From the human T2T-CHM13v2.0 reference genome, Homo sapiens, in the NCBI RefSeq assembly GCF_009914755.1, contig NC_060930.1: a stretch of DNA of 64,000 bases, one strand, 5' to 3'. Shown here piece by piece: positions 1 to 13,497 of this stretch (position 1 is the first letter of the stretch; the number at the start of each line of letters is the position of its first letter). The position numbers and the translations under genes were made by a program. A model generated the notes under the pieces. That model saw nothing but the letters and a program-made list of their open reading frames with translations. It was not told the origin of the DNA and did no database searches.

Positions 1-442
1 TTTGCATTTGAGTCTTTTGTTCCAAGCTTCGCAGACACTGGAAACTACTAGACTGCAGTATAATTTATGGATACCTCAGTGTTGACAATTCTGTCACTGA
101 TATGATAGGAAACACTAGAAAAAAATACACCCAGATGTACAGAATTCTAAATAGAGTAAGTGAGAGACCGTAACCTGATTCAGACAAGCAGCACATGTGG
201 CTAGGAAATAGACCATTTACAGTTTTTCCCCCTTTTTGCCCTTTTTCAGTCATTCGCTAGGCTCATGGTCCAATGTGGAACATCCCCTAGGCTTTGTGGA
301 GGCATTCTGGTCCTTCACAGCTTCTGGATAATATAATGCTTCCTTGTGAGTTTATTTCTTAATCCATGCCTATCTAAACTTGGCAGATTGATTCTCCATT
401 CTAAAAATGGGAACTTCTGTGTTTTCTATCTTTTTCTAGAGG

Positions 443-460
443 TTTTTTTTTTTTTTTTTT
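443..460. repeat. poly(T)18 tract
   Basis: 18 consecutive T read directly. Confidence 0.9.
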
Positions 461-1124
461 GAATTACCAGCCTTCAGGGGAATTACACAGCGTAGCACAG
501 GAATGAATGTGAAGTTGCCACATATTTTTCTTTATTTTCCTGGAATGCCCATCTTCACATCCATGGCCAGTTTTTCCTACTTAGCTTCCAAATCTTAACT
601 CAAATGCTGCCATGCTTGCCTTGCCCCATCCTGACCTCAAGGTGGCCTCCTCTGTGCTTCAGAAACTATATCTGAAGCTTAAGAAATAAGTAAAAAATGT
701 GGACAGCCTCCATTCATTGTCTTTTTGAAAGAAGGCCAGCTACAGATTAACTAATATACTTAGGTTACCTCACTGTTTACTATTAATTACAAATTCCAGA
801 CTTTGTAGCATTCGCTGTTGACTTGTAGCTTTTTGCATGGTGGAGCTGCAAATAATTTCTGCCAGGTGGAGCAGATAACTCCAAAGGTTTATGGTCCTGT
901 TGGACATGAGCCACTTTTTAAATCTACCCATCAATCTCATTCTAAGATGGTCTCTGTCCAGCTTATAAAACAACTTTTGATCTGGTCATAACATCTTATT
1001 AATTAATGAGTTAAATAAAACATGCTCATATTACGTGAGGGTGGGAGTCACAGGTTTGAACTCCAGTAGAGTATAGCACTCTCCACATTCTCCCAGATTG
1101 AGTTGTCTCCCTTTGCCACTAAAT

Positions 1125-1236
1125 AAAAGCCTCATGAAGACAGGGACCTTGCGTTGCATGACTTTGGACACTCAGTACTTAGTACCATGTCTGATGCCTG
1201 CGTCACTCAATAAGAATGTGTACTATGACTAAATGA
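1125..1236 (+). mobile_element. L2 LINE 3'-end fragment
   Basis: AAGCCTCATGAAGACAGGGACCTTG...CTCAATAAGAATGTG resembles the L2 3' terminus (AAGCTCCATGAGGGCAGGGAC...CTCAATAAATATTTG). Confidence 0.6.
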
Positions 1237-2280
1237 TTATGTAATTTAATTCTAACCCAATTGGACTCTGCAGCAGTGCTCCAGGTCAGTGCAAGGATGC
1301 TCTATTGCTCAAAGAACAGCTTCTATTTTAGGATAACTTAGATGTGGAGTCAGAAATGTTATGATAGTCTTTTCTACGACTTGATGACTCTATGTAGTGG
1401 CCTTAGTCTTAATCCTTCTTTATTAGTCTTTTGCTTTGCACTGCCTTTGGATTAAGAATAGACAAAGTTATTCAATATTCAATATCCACCTAAGCCAGGA
1501 CACTTTGCAAGGGCAAACAGAAGTTTGAAAGACAGTTTTACTTGTCTTTTTTTTTTTTCAGTGTTGTGCCTAGTTGCTGTGGCTAGCTGAAAACATAAGG
1601 GAAATCTTTCTCTTTTATTAAGGATACTTTGACCCTTTGAGAGAAAAACAAATTCTAAGTAAAGCAGTTCCATGTCTAAACTGATGTTATCAGCCGCTAC
1701 TGTATGACATTAGGCTGTAAAAGTATTTACCTAAAAAAGTCAATAAACATGCAATTCACTATTATTTGTGTTGAATTATAGATCTGGAGGATCAAACCAG
1801 AATCAAAAGGAGTATACAAATTATCTATAAGATTATATGTGTGTATGTATATGCATATATATCTTTATACATATAACCTCAAATATCTAAAGGCAATTTC
1901 TGTGCATCACCTTCTTGTCCTTTTCTTTTTCTTATATACACTACTACAATAATGCATTTCCCATCAAAGTACTATTTTAAAAGTCTGCTTTTCATTTTGT
2001 CTATATTTGAAAATGTACTCAAAGAGTTCTGAAGAAGAATAATGTGTAGGATGGTAGTTTTCAGAAACTTATTTGGAAATAATATCATCTAATAGAGAAT
2101 TAAATATACTTCTAGTAGGTATTCAACAAAAATTAAGATAACTTCTCATATTTAAGAATATAAAAATAACCAGATTGTTTAAGCGTAAATTCCATCTGCT
2201 GTCCAGGGATTGTCAACAAGTGAAAATTTATGGAAGGCCACAGACATTGGTCTTCAAATTGTTAGGGCTGTGCTCCAGAC

Positions 2281-2502
2281 CAGGATTTGGCAAATGTTTT
2301 CTGTAAAGGGCCATAGTAAGTATTGATGATTTTGTGGATAATAAGTATCTGTATATTTAAAACTCTGCCATCTTAGTGTGAAAGCAACCTTAGACAATAC
2401 ATAAACAAATGAACCTGGCTATGTTTCAATCAATAATACTTTATGTATGAAAACAGGCATTGAACCAGATTTGGCCCATGGGTTATAGTTTGCCTACTCC
2501 TG
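2281..2502. mobile_element. MER58A-type hAT-Charlie non-autonomous DNA transposon, full length
   Basis: CAGG...GGCAAA / TTTGCC...CCTG terminal inverted repeats, internal TTTTCTGTAAAGGGCCA, perfect 8-bp TSD CTCCAGAC at 2273-2280 and 2503-2510. Confidence 0.88.
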
Positions 2503-2896
2503 CTCCAGACTGTCCTCATCGTTGTTTTCCTCAGTTAGTCCACAAAATTAAAAAGTCACTATTCTTGTATTTACTGTATTTTGCAGAGTTGTGAGAAAAC
2601 AAATCTATATAAGTTGCTTTGGCCAGTGGAAGATAAGACACAAATTGTATGTCTAGGTTCATTTACTGAAGAATCTAAATGCTCTTTTGGGAAAAGTAGG
2701 CATCGAAATGCTTTGAAAATATGTATTTCAAAATAAGTATTGCATGCCTGAAAGTGTCAAGATATTGAGGACCAACTATGATGCTAAGAAAGAGGGAATA
2801 AAATGTCTAATGCTTCAAAGGTCTCATTAATTCACAAAAGCTTATGGTAGGTTTGCGTAGGATTTTAGGCTGTAAACCTATTCTATGGCTACATAA

Positions 2897-3192
<296 letters not shown>

Positions 3193-3418
3193 TACAGTTA
3201 TGTAATTGTATCCTTCACTTCATGGTAGTAATATCTAAGGCATAGAAACTACTCACCTGTTCAGTCCAGGCTAGGAGATAACTTGACTGATACTTTCTTC
3301 ATACTACAAGGAGGGTAAAAACCTTCGATCATTTGCTGTAGGACATATCAAAACTTGCCACTCCTCTCTTGCGATTGAAACTCAGTACTAAGCTCATTAA
3401 TGATGGAGTATATTGGGG

Positions 3419-3476
3419 ATGTCCTTTATCTCAGGGGTATTTAATGCATGTCTTTTATGCCAGGGATATTTAATGC
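3419..3476. repeat. 29-bp tandem duplication (2 copies)
   Basis: ATGTCCTTTATCTCAGGGGTATTTAATGC followed by ATGTCTTTTATGCCAGGGATATTTAATGC. Confidence 0.8.
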
Positions 3477-4005
3477 AGGAATTTGGTTGCACATTTCATG
3501 TCCAATTCATAATGGAAAATTAAACAAACAAATGAAAAGAATAAAACACAAACAAACCGGCTGTCCAAAGCTTCTGTCCCTGTCCCAGAAACTGAAATGA
3601 TGGAAAACTGCCAATGAGTATGCTCTGAAATATGGTAGTTTGGACAGGAGAAATACATAATTTTTTTCTTACATTGATCCTTTGTTTGATATTAACCAAA
3701 AAGTGTTTGCTTGCCAATTTAAAGACCGTCTTAATGGAGAGATTCTTTTCTTTCCCCTCCCTAAGCTGTTCCCCAAAGGGAAAAAATTCAGGACCTTCAA
3801 TTAATTTAAATGGCCTTGCCTTTATCCTTATCTCAGCCTTTACATTTACCCATGGGGTTGCAGCTAAGAATTTGGGACAAACTCCACAATTATGGCCTTT
3901 GTTAGTAGTGCAAGGATTGCATGGGCACCTGGCACCACTAAGGATCTCAGACCAGTCTTTTTTTTCGTAGAAATGATACACTTTTGGCATATGTTTTTAA
4001 TGCCA

Positions 4006-4190
4006 TTTATTAAATACCATGTACTCATGTTATGGACACTTTTCCTACACTATTAATCCAGAGAATTCTGGAAAGTATAAATTATTATTTCCTTTTGATA
4101 AATGCAAGGCGCAGAGAGGTCACGTTACTTGACCTAGGCCACATAGGTAGCACATAGTAGACTGGGAATTCAAGCTAAGATCTATCCAAT
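4006..4190 (-). mobile_element. MIR SINE
   Basis: Reverse MIR core GCAGAGAGGTCACGTTACTTGACCTAGGCCACATAG...CTGGGAATTCAAGC. Confidence 0.7.
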
Positions 4191-4599
4191 AGGAAGTCCC
4201 CTCCAGAGATATTCACTGTTGTCCTATATCATTGTGCAAATGGAAGACATGCACAACATATTATTTAAGGAACATGGTGAAATCCTAATTATCACCTGAA
4301 CGATATTCCCAGGTCCAGGTTACGACCTCTTCCAAGGGGGCTGGCCACAGCCATCAGAAGACTTTTATGAAGATGCTTCCATGTGAACTGGCAAAATCCT
4401 CCCAGCACTCTCTCAGTAGCCCAAGATAGTCCAGCAGATTACATGACATTTAAGAGGAGAAAAGAACAACGGAGGGTATATGTAGACACAATGTCTGTAA
4501 ACTAGGAAGGAGGAGGATCCAGTGGTTGCAAGTGGAGTGTGCTGGGAAGGCATCACTGAGCTGAAAAGTCCAGGACAGTATTTCTCCCTCTGAGGTTTT

Positions 4600-4740
4600 A
4601 GATCTTCTGCAGCAAAGTTATCTGGAGTGTTTTTCAAAAATGCAAATTTTTTGGCCTTATCCCTCAAGAATCTGATTTCAGTAATGTTTGATGGAGGTCC
4701 GGGCATCTTTGTAGCTGCCATTAAAATTTAAAAACCACTG
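4600..4740. mobile_element. MER5-type hAT-Charlie fragment
   Basis: AAAAATGCAAATT...CTGATTTCAGTA...GGCATCT...AAAACCACTG motifs typical of MER5A/B. Confidence 0.6.
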
Positions 4741-6095
4741 ATTGGGGATAGTTGGACAAATCTGGGAGCTTCTAAAGAAGAAGAAAATTTGCAGAAAGGG
4801 GAACTAAAGGACAATTTCTAAAGATGAATGCTCCTAAGAATAAAAGTGTCAATGGGTGTCCTGTGTCACAGGAGTGGAAGTCTGGGGGGCATGTGAAAGA
4901 CCTTGAGAATTGCTTGTACTAGAATTATTGTAAGGTCAGCATAGCATCTTTAAACATGTCCAGCTTTCTCTTTTATCTGGTTTCTGCTTTCTTTTTCCTT
5001 GCAAATTTAATTAACATTCATGGGCAACAATATTAATTTGATCAAACTAAGGTCCTTTTTTAATTATTTAATGATCACAACATGAAATCACACAAATTAA
5101 GAGGATAGAAGATATAAATCAATCTGAATTAGGAAAAATTTTGTAATTTAACCAGGTAACATTTTCATGGATGTAAACAAATATATTACAGATAATGAGA
5201 TGAAGGAATTGGTATGAAACTGAATTTAAAACCTTAATTTAAACAAATATGTTCTCTAGTTTATACACAATCAATACACATGGCATATGAAATTTCATAA
5301 AATATGATACAGTACATTGCTTCTTCTATATACCATTCACTATTTTTATAAGCACAGAATATTATTGGATGATAAATATAATTAAACAGAGCAAAATCAT
5401 ATGAATTAAAGCCATGAAGATTTTTTTACGGAATTACAGGCTTGCTACAGAGCTTGTGGGCATTACTACTATGCTGTCAGAGAAATGTATTAGCCCCTGA
5501 GGGATAGATTCTTATTATCAGCTATGGATTTTGTGGTCTTTAAATTAGAAAGCAAAATGCTATAATATGTGTCTTTGAAAGCAAAAGAAGGAAAGTACTG
5601 AAAAATTTAAGCAAACAATTAATGTTAACTTCAAATGTAAGGGTGCTTGAGTTTGTACACAGCTTGCTCCCTAGTTAAAGCCAAGATCTACATTGCATGC
5701 ACAATTGCATGCAAATTGGACCTAATTTACTGCATGCGCTGCCTCTTCAATTAAATAAAATGAGAAGATGATTTTTACTTTAGAAGAGTAAAATTTCAAT
5801 GTGTTAAAATGTTTTACCTCCAAATTTTTCATAAATAGCTTACACACCAAAGTGTTTATTTGAAAGATCTCATTTAGTCAGTATATTTTGAGTTTGGCTT
5901 GGCATGGAAGGCGTGGGTTCTGCCCTCAAGGAGCATATGGATCTACTGGGAACAGGAAATATATTAACATGGCTAAATTTCTAGATTTATCTTCCTAAGA
6001 CACCTTTTTATATAGGTCTGCTTGTTCAACTTCTACCTTCCAACTCATCAGTCTTTAAAGTCTGCATCATTGCATGTAACAGGCACTCCAAATCC

Positions 6096-6395
6096 TTTTT
6101 TTTTTTTTTTTTGAGACAAAGTCTCACTTTGTCACCCAGGCTGGAGTGCAATGGCATGGTCTTGGCTCACTGCAACCTCCCCCTCCCTCCCGGGTTCAAG
6201 CGAATCTCCTGCCTCAGACTCCCAAGTAGCTAGGTCTACAGGCATGTGCTACCACACCCAGCTAATTTTTGTATTTTTAGTAGAGATGGGTTTCACCATG
6301 TTGGCCAGGCTGGTCTCGAGCTTCTGACCTCATGATCCGCCCGCCTTGGCCTCCCAAAGTGCTGGGATTACAGGCATGAGCCACTGTGCCCAGCC
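6096..6395 (-). mobile_element. AluS (Sg-like), full length
   Basis: Reverse Alu dimer; TSD TCCAAATCCTTTT at 6087-6099 and 6396-6408; GACCTCATGATCC lacks the AGG of Sx. Confidence 0.95.
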
Positions 6396-6414
6396 TCCAA
6401 ATCCTTTTATGAGA

Positions 6415-6878
6415 TGTATTCGCTTCCTAGGTCTGCTGTAAAAAGTATTACAGAGTGACTTAAGACAAGAGAAATTTATTGTCTCACAGTACTTGAGGCT
6501 AGTAGTCCAAAATCAAGGTATGGATGGAGGCATGCTCCCTCTGAAACCCATAGGGGAGAATCCTTCTTTACCTCTTCATAGCTTCTTGTGGCTTGTCAAC
6601 AATCTTTGGCATTCCTTGGCTTGCAGCTATAGCACTCCAATTGCTGTCTCTATTGCAACATAATGTTCTTCCTTCCTGTGTCTGTGTTCAAATCTACCTG
6701 TTCTCAACAGGACATCAGTCATATTGGATTGAATGTCCATTCTATTCCAATACGATCTTATCTTAACATAGCTGATTACGTCTGCAATAACCCTATTTCC
6801 AAATAAGGTCACATTCTGATGTACTAGGGGTTAGGATTTCAACATACATGTTTTGGGAATACAATTCATCACATGACA
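6415..6878 (-). mobile_element. MaLR solo LTR (MLT1C-like)
   Basis: TG...CA termini; GAAATTTATTGTCTCACAGT, CCCTATTTCCAAATAAGGTCACATTCTGA, GTACTAGGGGTTAGGA hallmark blocks. Confidence 0.88.
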
Positions 6879-6974
6879 GGAAGCATTCAGGTTCATCCAC
6901 TATTTTGCTTGCTCAGGCTGCCTTCATTCCTCATTTATTATGGGAGAAAAAACCTACCAGTTGTTGAATTCCTT

Positions 6975-7085
6975 CTCTTAGCAGGTACTTTACATATGCT
7001 AACTAATTAATTCTTGGGAGAACTCTAAAGAAAAGGCATTATTGTCCCATTTTATTGGTGAGGGATCTGAGGCTTAGGGAGTTAA
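6975..7085 (-). mobile_element. MIR fragment
   Basis: ATTATTGTCCCATTTTATTGGTGAGGGATCTGAGGCTTAGGGAGTTAA is the reverse MIR core. Confidence 0.65.
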
Positions 7086-7089
7086 AGTG

Positions 7090-7381
7090 CATTTCTCAAG
7101 ATTTACTCATCCTTTAGGTCTTAGTTCCAATCTCGTTCCATCAAGAAAGGCTTCCTGAACACCCAGGCAAAATTTGGTTTCCATAATATGTATTCTCATG
7201 GCACCTTCTATTTTTCCTTTGTAAAATTCATATCATTTAATAATTATTTATCATTCAATATTTGTTTAGTGTTTGCCTCTTCATCTGGGTCATAAGCTCC
7301 ATGAGGTGGGGCCCATGTATATTTCCATCACTTGGGCACACAGGCACTGGGTAATATTTGTGGAACAAATGTTTGAATGAG
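7090..7381 (+). mobile_element. L2 3' fragment
   Basis: AAGGCTTCCTGAACACCC...TAAGCTCCATGAGG...AAATGTTTGAATGA. Confidence 0.7.
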
Positions 7382-8254
7382 TAACTCCCATAATTAGTAG
7401 AATAAATATTTGAACATTTTACCCCAAATCTCAGAGTTACTCCACCCATAATGATTAACCAGTTTCTACTAGACATCTGTAATGTAGTAGACATTTAACT
7501 TCGCAAGATGAATAAGGCCTAGTCCCTGTCCTCAGGGAGTTTACAGTTTAATAGAGAAGACACAGAAGAGGAGGGGATGACTAGCTACCTGAAGATGGTG
7601 ATGGGATCAGAGAAGCTTATCACAGATACCAAAATCATCTTATAGGGAGGAAGACTGGTTGGAATAATTGGAAAATGGGGTTAAGGGAGGCCTAGGCAGA
7701 GAAGCAGGTGTAAATGGGACAAGTCCTTGGCAGAGGATAATATTTTTCCCCAAAGGCAGGCAATTTGGTAGATGGAGGAGGGGTTTTGATGAGTTAGATG
7801 AGCCTCATCTAAAAGAACTTTTCCTGAGCCAAATGGATCTACTCATGAGCTCATCAATATATCCCACACATTTGTGACTCAGCTCAATGAAAAGCAGATA
7901 TTTCCAAATCTGGAAAAAGCTCTTTTTGGAGGTAATGAGTTCCCAGTCTTTTGGAGTTGTTGAATAATCATGTGGGCAACTATTTTAATGCTGTGTTTTA
8001 GCAGTGCTTCTCTTCCTATCCTTCTTGCTGCTATGGCACGCATGGAAAATATTTCAATGGCACATTGAGATACAACCAGAAGCAAACTCTTCCAAGGGCT
8101 GAAGAGGTCAATACACCAACTCCTTTGTGATACATGCACAGTGTTCTAGAATAGGGAATTTAATCCTTCTGGAGTTTTCATTATAGAAAAAATTAAGATA
8201 TCCTCTAATTTTGAGGTTCTTTAAACTGAAACACTCCTTTTCCATATTCTTCAT

Positions 8255-8880
8255 ACAGAATCCCAGAGTAATGTATTAATAGTGTAAATCAGATGATGTC
8301 ACCTCACTGCATAAAACCCTTCACTTCTTAAAACATTTCAAAGAAAATCCAGAATTCTTACCTTGAACTAACAGGCTCTGCACACTTTGGTTTCTACTTG
8401 CCTCTCTCAATTAATTTTCTACATCCTTCTCCTCTGCTCACTATAAGCCAGCTCTAGGCATTTTTCTCAAGTTTTCAAATAAGCCAAACTTACTTCTGCC
8501 TCAGGGCCTTTGCACAGGCTGGTATCTCTAAAGGCAAAAATATGAGGATAGCTTTCTTATACTTTAATCCACAGTTTAAATATCATACCCCAGTAAGGCT
8601 TTTCCCTGACTGCTGTATCTAAAGAGTTTCTACGTATAGTTTATTGCACCATCTGTTTGTAGCCTCAAATGGTGTATTTCTTAAAAAAAAAAAAGAAACT
8701 ACTCATTTATTATTGTCCCCCTGTACACACACACTCCCTCTACCATCCACCTCTTCCCTGACCTGTGAGTTTGACAGAAGGAAAGTGCTTGCTCTGCTCA
8801 GAACTCTAGTAGTTCTGAACGAATACAACAATGCCAGGGACATTATAGGGGCTCAATGCTTATAAGTTGAATGAATTAAT
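8255..8880 (+). mobile_element. L2a 3' region
   Basis: TGTAAATCAGATGATGTCAC, CTGCCTCAGGGCCTTTGCAC, AGGCTTTCCCTGAC, ending GTTGAATGAATTAAT. Confidence 0.8.
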
Positions 8881-9200
8881 TTGAACATTTCAAGGACAAT
8901 TTGACAAATAGATCAATGTAAATATTGTAAGCCTGGAAAGGAAGGATGTTTAATGAATAAGATGGAGACAGAGGATGGGTTTAAAGGAGTGACCACATTG
9001 GTATGCAGAAATTGAGAAAGGTTTCATGGAGGAAGCTCTAGATGTCCCCTGAAATGTTAACATGTAAAACTAAGGAGTGTGTGGGGGAGGGGGATTATGG
9101 TAATATTTTAGAAGAAATTATTATCCATAAATATGTATTGTTAAGTAGAAGAACTACATGGTTTAGGAACAACAAATAATGCAATTTGATTTTATTATAG

Positions 9201-9412
9201 CAGTGTTTCTCAATCAGTTATGATTTTGCCACCTAGGGGACACTGCAAAATGTCCAAAGACAATTTTGGTTGCTGCAACTTAGAAGTGCTACTAACTTTT
9301 ATTCGGTAAAGGCCAGGAATGATGCTAAACGTTGTTCAAAGCCCAGGACAGTACCTCTCAACAAATAATTATCTGCATCAAATGCCAATAGTGACAAGAT
9401 TGAGAAATACTG
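9201..9412. mobile_element. MER20 hAT-Charlie DNA transposon, full length
   Basis: CAGTGTTTCTCAATC / GATTGAGAAATACTG TIRs; internal GATTTTGCC..CTAGGGGACA, AGGCCAGGAATGATGCTAAAC. Confidence 0.88.
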
Positions 9413-11837
9413 CATTCTGGGAATATGTAAGAACATCGTAGAAAATAAAGCTAAAATAACAAGGCAAGGCAAAACTTTGGAAATACTTAAATATCAAGGT
9501 CAGGCATTTACTTAGTAGGGAGAGGGGAACTAATGTTGGTTTTATGCAGAGTCGTGATAGGAACTCTTGGAGGCTTAACCCAGTACTCACATAAAGGCAG
9601 CCTGGAGCAAAATGGGAAGAGGCCTGTGTAGAAGCTGCTTTAGTGGTCTAGATAAGAATAGGGGGCCTTGCACTAGAAGAATGCTGAGGGAGATGGAATG
9701 GAATAGACAGATTTATGTTATTTCAGAGTTACAATATTAATGGATTGTCAATGACAGAATGCATCCATTCTGTTTCAGAAGTTTTTAAGTATACATTCTT
9801 ATGTCTGTTTGATTCAGTTCACATGGATTTTGAAGGAAAATACCACAAGTCATGACTTTTTGTCCATAAATGCTTGGAATGCCCCTGAGGTTTCTTCAGT
9901 ATTTCATATCACATGTTTTCATCAGTGAGGGGAGAATTTAAAAACATGCATGGTAATAACTAAAAACTCTGCTGCTTTAGTGAAGGAATTTGTTATTGCA
10001 CCATATTTGGGTGTGGGATGAGTAGAAAAGAAAAAGAAAGGGGGAGGGGAGAGAGAGAGAGAGAGGCAAACACAACAAACCACACAGTTTTAGTATTTCT
10101 CCTGTAGAATACTTGGAAAATGAAGATATTTGAAAAATAGAGTCATGGAATCTTCGAGTTAGAAGGTTATCTGGTCCAGTCTTTTTTTTATTCGAGCACA
10201 AAATCAAAACATTAAGTGGGATGGCTGACTACTCTTGTCTTAAAGATCTTCAGTGCTTGGCCAGCTGCCCAGGTTATTCAAAGTCTGTGCTCACATTTGC
10301 AGTGAGTTTTTAAGATTTCAAGATATTGGCAATCTGACAAAAGCCTAATTCAAAAGTAACTGGTATCTTTATTAAGGTATAGCAAATGAGATATGAATAA
10401 AAACTGTGTGAAAGAGCCAAGGCAGAAATACAAGGTAATTATTTTCTGGACTTCACCCTTTGTTGGGAGTTTCAGAGACCTCAGCAAAAAAAGAAGCCTC
10501 TCTGGCTGTATTTTAATCCTGGCTTCCTCTAGCCTAGGAACAGCCAATTACTGTGGTAAACAGAAATCATCTGAACATCAGCAGTATCCCTATCATCATC
10601 CTGATGCCAGCCTTGGGAATTTTGACCTCTATGTTTCATGGCATGGTCCACCCCTCAGTGGTCAATAAGCCAAGCCAGATGCTGTTCTTCCAACTCGATA
10701 TAGGGGAAGGAACTGAGTTCTATAGCCTACTGGCTTGGTTAAGGGCTTCAAGGCACATTTGGCTCATTTATGCTATCACACATTCTTGATAATGTGTATT
10801 TTAAATTACCCATGCACTTTCATCATGGAAGTCAAGAGCATGTAAGATCCTTGCCTTTTCTGGAAGGAACATTAGACATGGAAGCTTTAACACTCCTAAG
10901 AGAACAGATGTCTGGTCAAACTGGTGCAATTCATGATAAATAAAGCCCAGGAGAAGGAATTGCTAATGAGGGCTGGGAATGAGTGAGGAGGGGAAAATAT
11001 TCTGTTAGTTATTAGGGTAGGGAGTTGATTTAGAAGAAGCATGATTAGTAATGCATGTTAAACTCTGGGTTTCTAGATATGGCCACATATCACTAAGGAT
11101 CATAGATATGGGTAGAAAGTGAAAAATATCTCTGTATACCGTGATTCTAATAGATGTAAAAATGCTAAGTTAAGTCATTCTCCTTATGTTCTCATTCTTG
11201 GGCCTGCCTTCTCTGACATTTATCCCAGTATTTCCATAATACTTTTGGAATAGGCAATAACAACACCATAATTTGCTCTAATTTTGCATATTTGTACTAA
11301 CTCTTTATAAGAAGAATCCCATGGGAGATTCTAGTAGGTAAACATAGAAAATTTTTTCACATGTCTGATAAAACCAATAAAATGTAAAACAAAGAAAGTA
11401 ACCAAAGATAATTTATTGAAAAAAACTATCTCACAAATCAAAGATTTTCTGATCTGCCAAAATTCTCTGAGAGGGACAAATAGACTTGCTGGACTCTGAT
11501 GTTTTTTTGTTTTTGTTTTTAAATATTCACTGATGACATCACAGTCTCTTGTCAAAAGTTCGCTGATAATAATGTCAAAAACAGACTACCAGACAGAGAA
11601 AAACCTATGAGACTCTTATAAACTTTTTAAGTGTTCTGTTTTCTCCCTTTATGTGCTGCTAAATACATGCACAGAAAGAATTTCTTATTGAATTATTTTC
11701 CAAATATGCAATGCTCACTACTTTCAGCATTTTCATGTTGTATGTATACCTCTAAACTATTATTTATCTAGCTGGTTTTAGACTTTTTTGCCTAATCAAA
11801 GTTATCTAATCAGGGAAACAACACTACATAAAAAATC

Positions 11838-11943
11838 ATGGAATATATATATATATATTCCATATATATTTTATATATATGTATACTCCATATATATGGA
11901 ATATATGGTCATTATATATATATATACACACACATTTTATATA

Positions 11944-11988
<45 letters not shown>
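11838..11988. repeat. Compound (TA)n/(CA)n/(TG)n low-complexity repeat, internally palindromic
   Basis: Read directly; see finding at 11838. Confidence 0.9.
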
Positions 11989-11992
<4 letters not shown>

Positions 11993-12391
11993 CCATAGCT
12001 GGAATACTGAGGAAAGCATTTAGCTTTCCTCAGTAAAAGAGCATGTGTTGATAACTCTTTATCGTGTGTGTGTGTGTATATAAAGTTCAGTGCTTAATAT
12101 CATTGTGAAATATAGACTTCTAGTTGTTAGTACATGTAACAACAGCAGAAATGGTAAAATCATTACAATAAAGCTGTGAAGGATGTGTTCTTGCAGCAAA
12201 GCACACGGGGGATCTTGGTTCCTAGCAGAAAAACACCACTGCTGCTATTTACTTCATCAGTGAATGACTCTGTGGGAGCAAAGGCCACAAGACAGCACTG
12301 AAAAGAGAACAGGCAGTGGTGCTGCCTGCCCGCTGATCAGACTGTGCTTGTCTTTTCAAAAAGAAAGAAATTTATCCTTTTAATAATTCCC

Positions 12392-12737
<346 letters not shown>

Positions 12738-13497
12738 CTAAGCCAAGTTAGCTCTCCAGCCAGCTCTTGTTTGTGAAGTGTAATTCTGTGGTAATGAGCT
12801 GGTGACAACGTGAGGAAACAGTCTAAACCTTCTGAAAATCAATCCAAACATGACTAAAGACAGGAAGAAAGGGAAGGGAAGGGATGGGAAGGGAAAAGAG
12901 AGAGAGATGAACCAGAGGGAAGAAAGAAATTTTAATGACCATTTCAAGGGAATCAAGAGCACCATGGACATGAACTATTATTTACCAGTACAGTGGGGTT
13001 AAGGAATAAACTCTATTGGGATTCCCATTCATTTCTATTTCACACTCAGAAAGGTGCGGTTTTGCATTCTATTGCCTCTTCCTTACCCCAGAAATGTTCC
13101 ATTCTGTTGTAAATGAATGAGCTTCAATCGTTCTCAAAAGACTTCAATGTATTCACATCTTTCACTAAATTTAGTATCTTCTGAATTGTTACAGATTTCT
13201 TCCTACATATAAAACATGACCATGGCCAAGAATATGCAATTTTCATTTTTAAGGTACACAAAACTCAGTAACTGCGGGAAAAACACAGGCCTACTAAGTG
13301 ATGTCTCTCTTGCCCCTTTCCAATTGTCAACAGATGAACCTCTAACTGCTGGGGAGTAGCTGTGACACAGTGTTGGTTTCTGAATGTCTTTGCCACAAGG
13401 AAAGAACGGAATTTTTTTTTTGGGGGTTGTAGAAAACAGGCATGGAATATTGAGTTTTCTAGGAGAGAAAAAAAAATGTGATCAAGATGTGTAATGA

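Noticed and set aside
3520-3990. 156-aa minus-strand ORF and overlapping 112-aa plus-strand ORF
   Set aside because: No recognisable domain; roughly one ORF this long is plausible by chance in six frames of 64 kb. Needs Ribo-seq or conservation evidence.
7874-7884. ARE/AP-1 motif GTGACTCAGCT
   Set aside because: Single isolated motif with no supporting context.
11788-12023. YIYI-rich ORFs
   Set aside because: Translation of (TA)n/(TG)n repeats.
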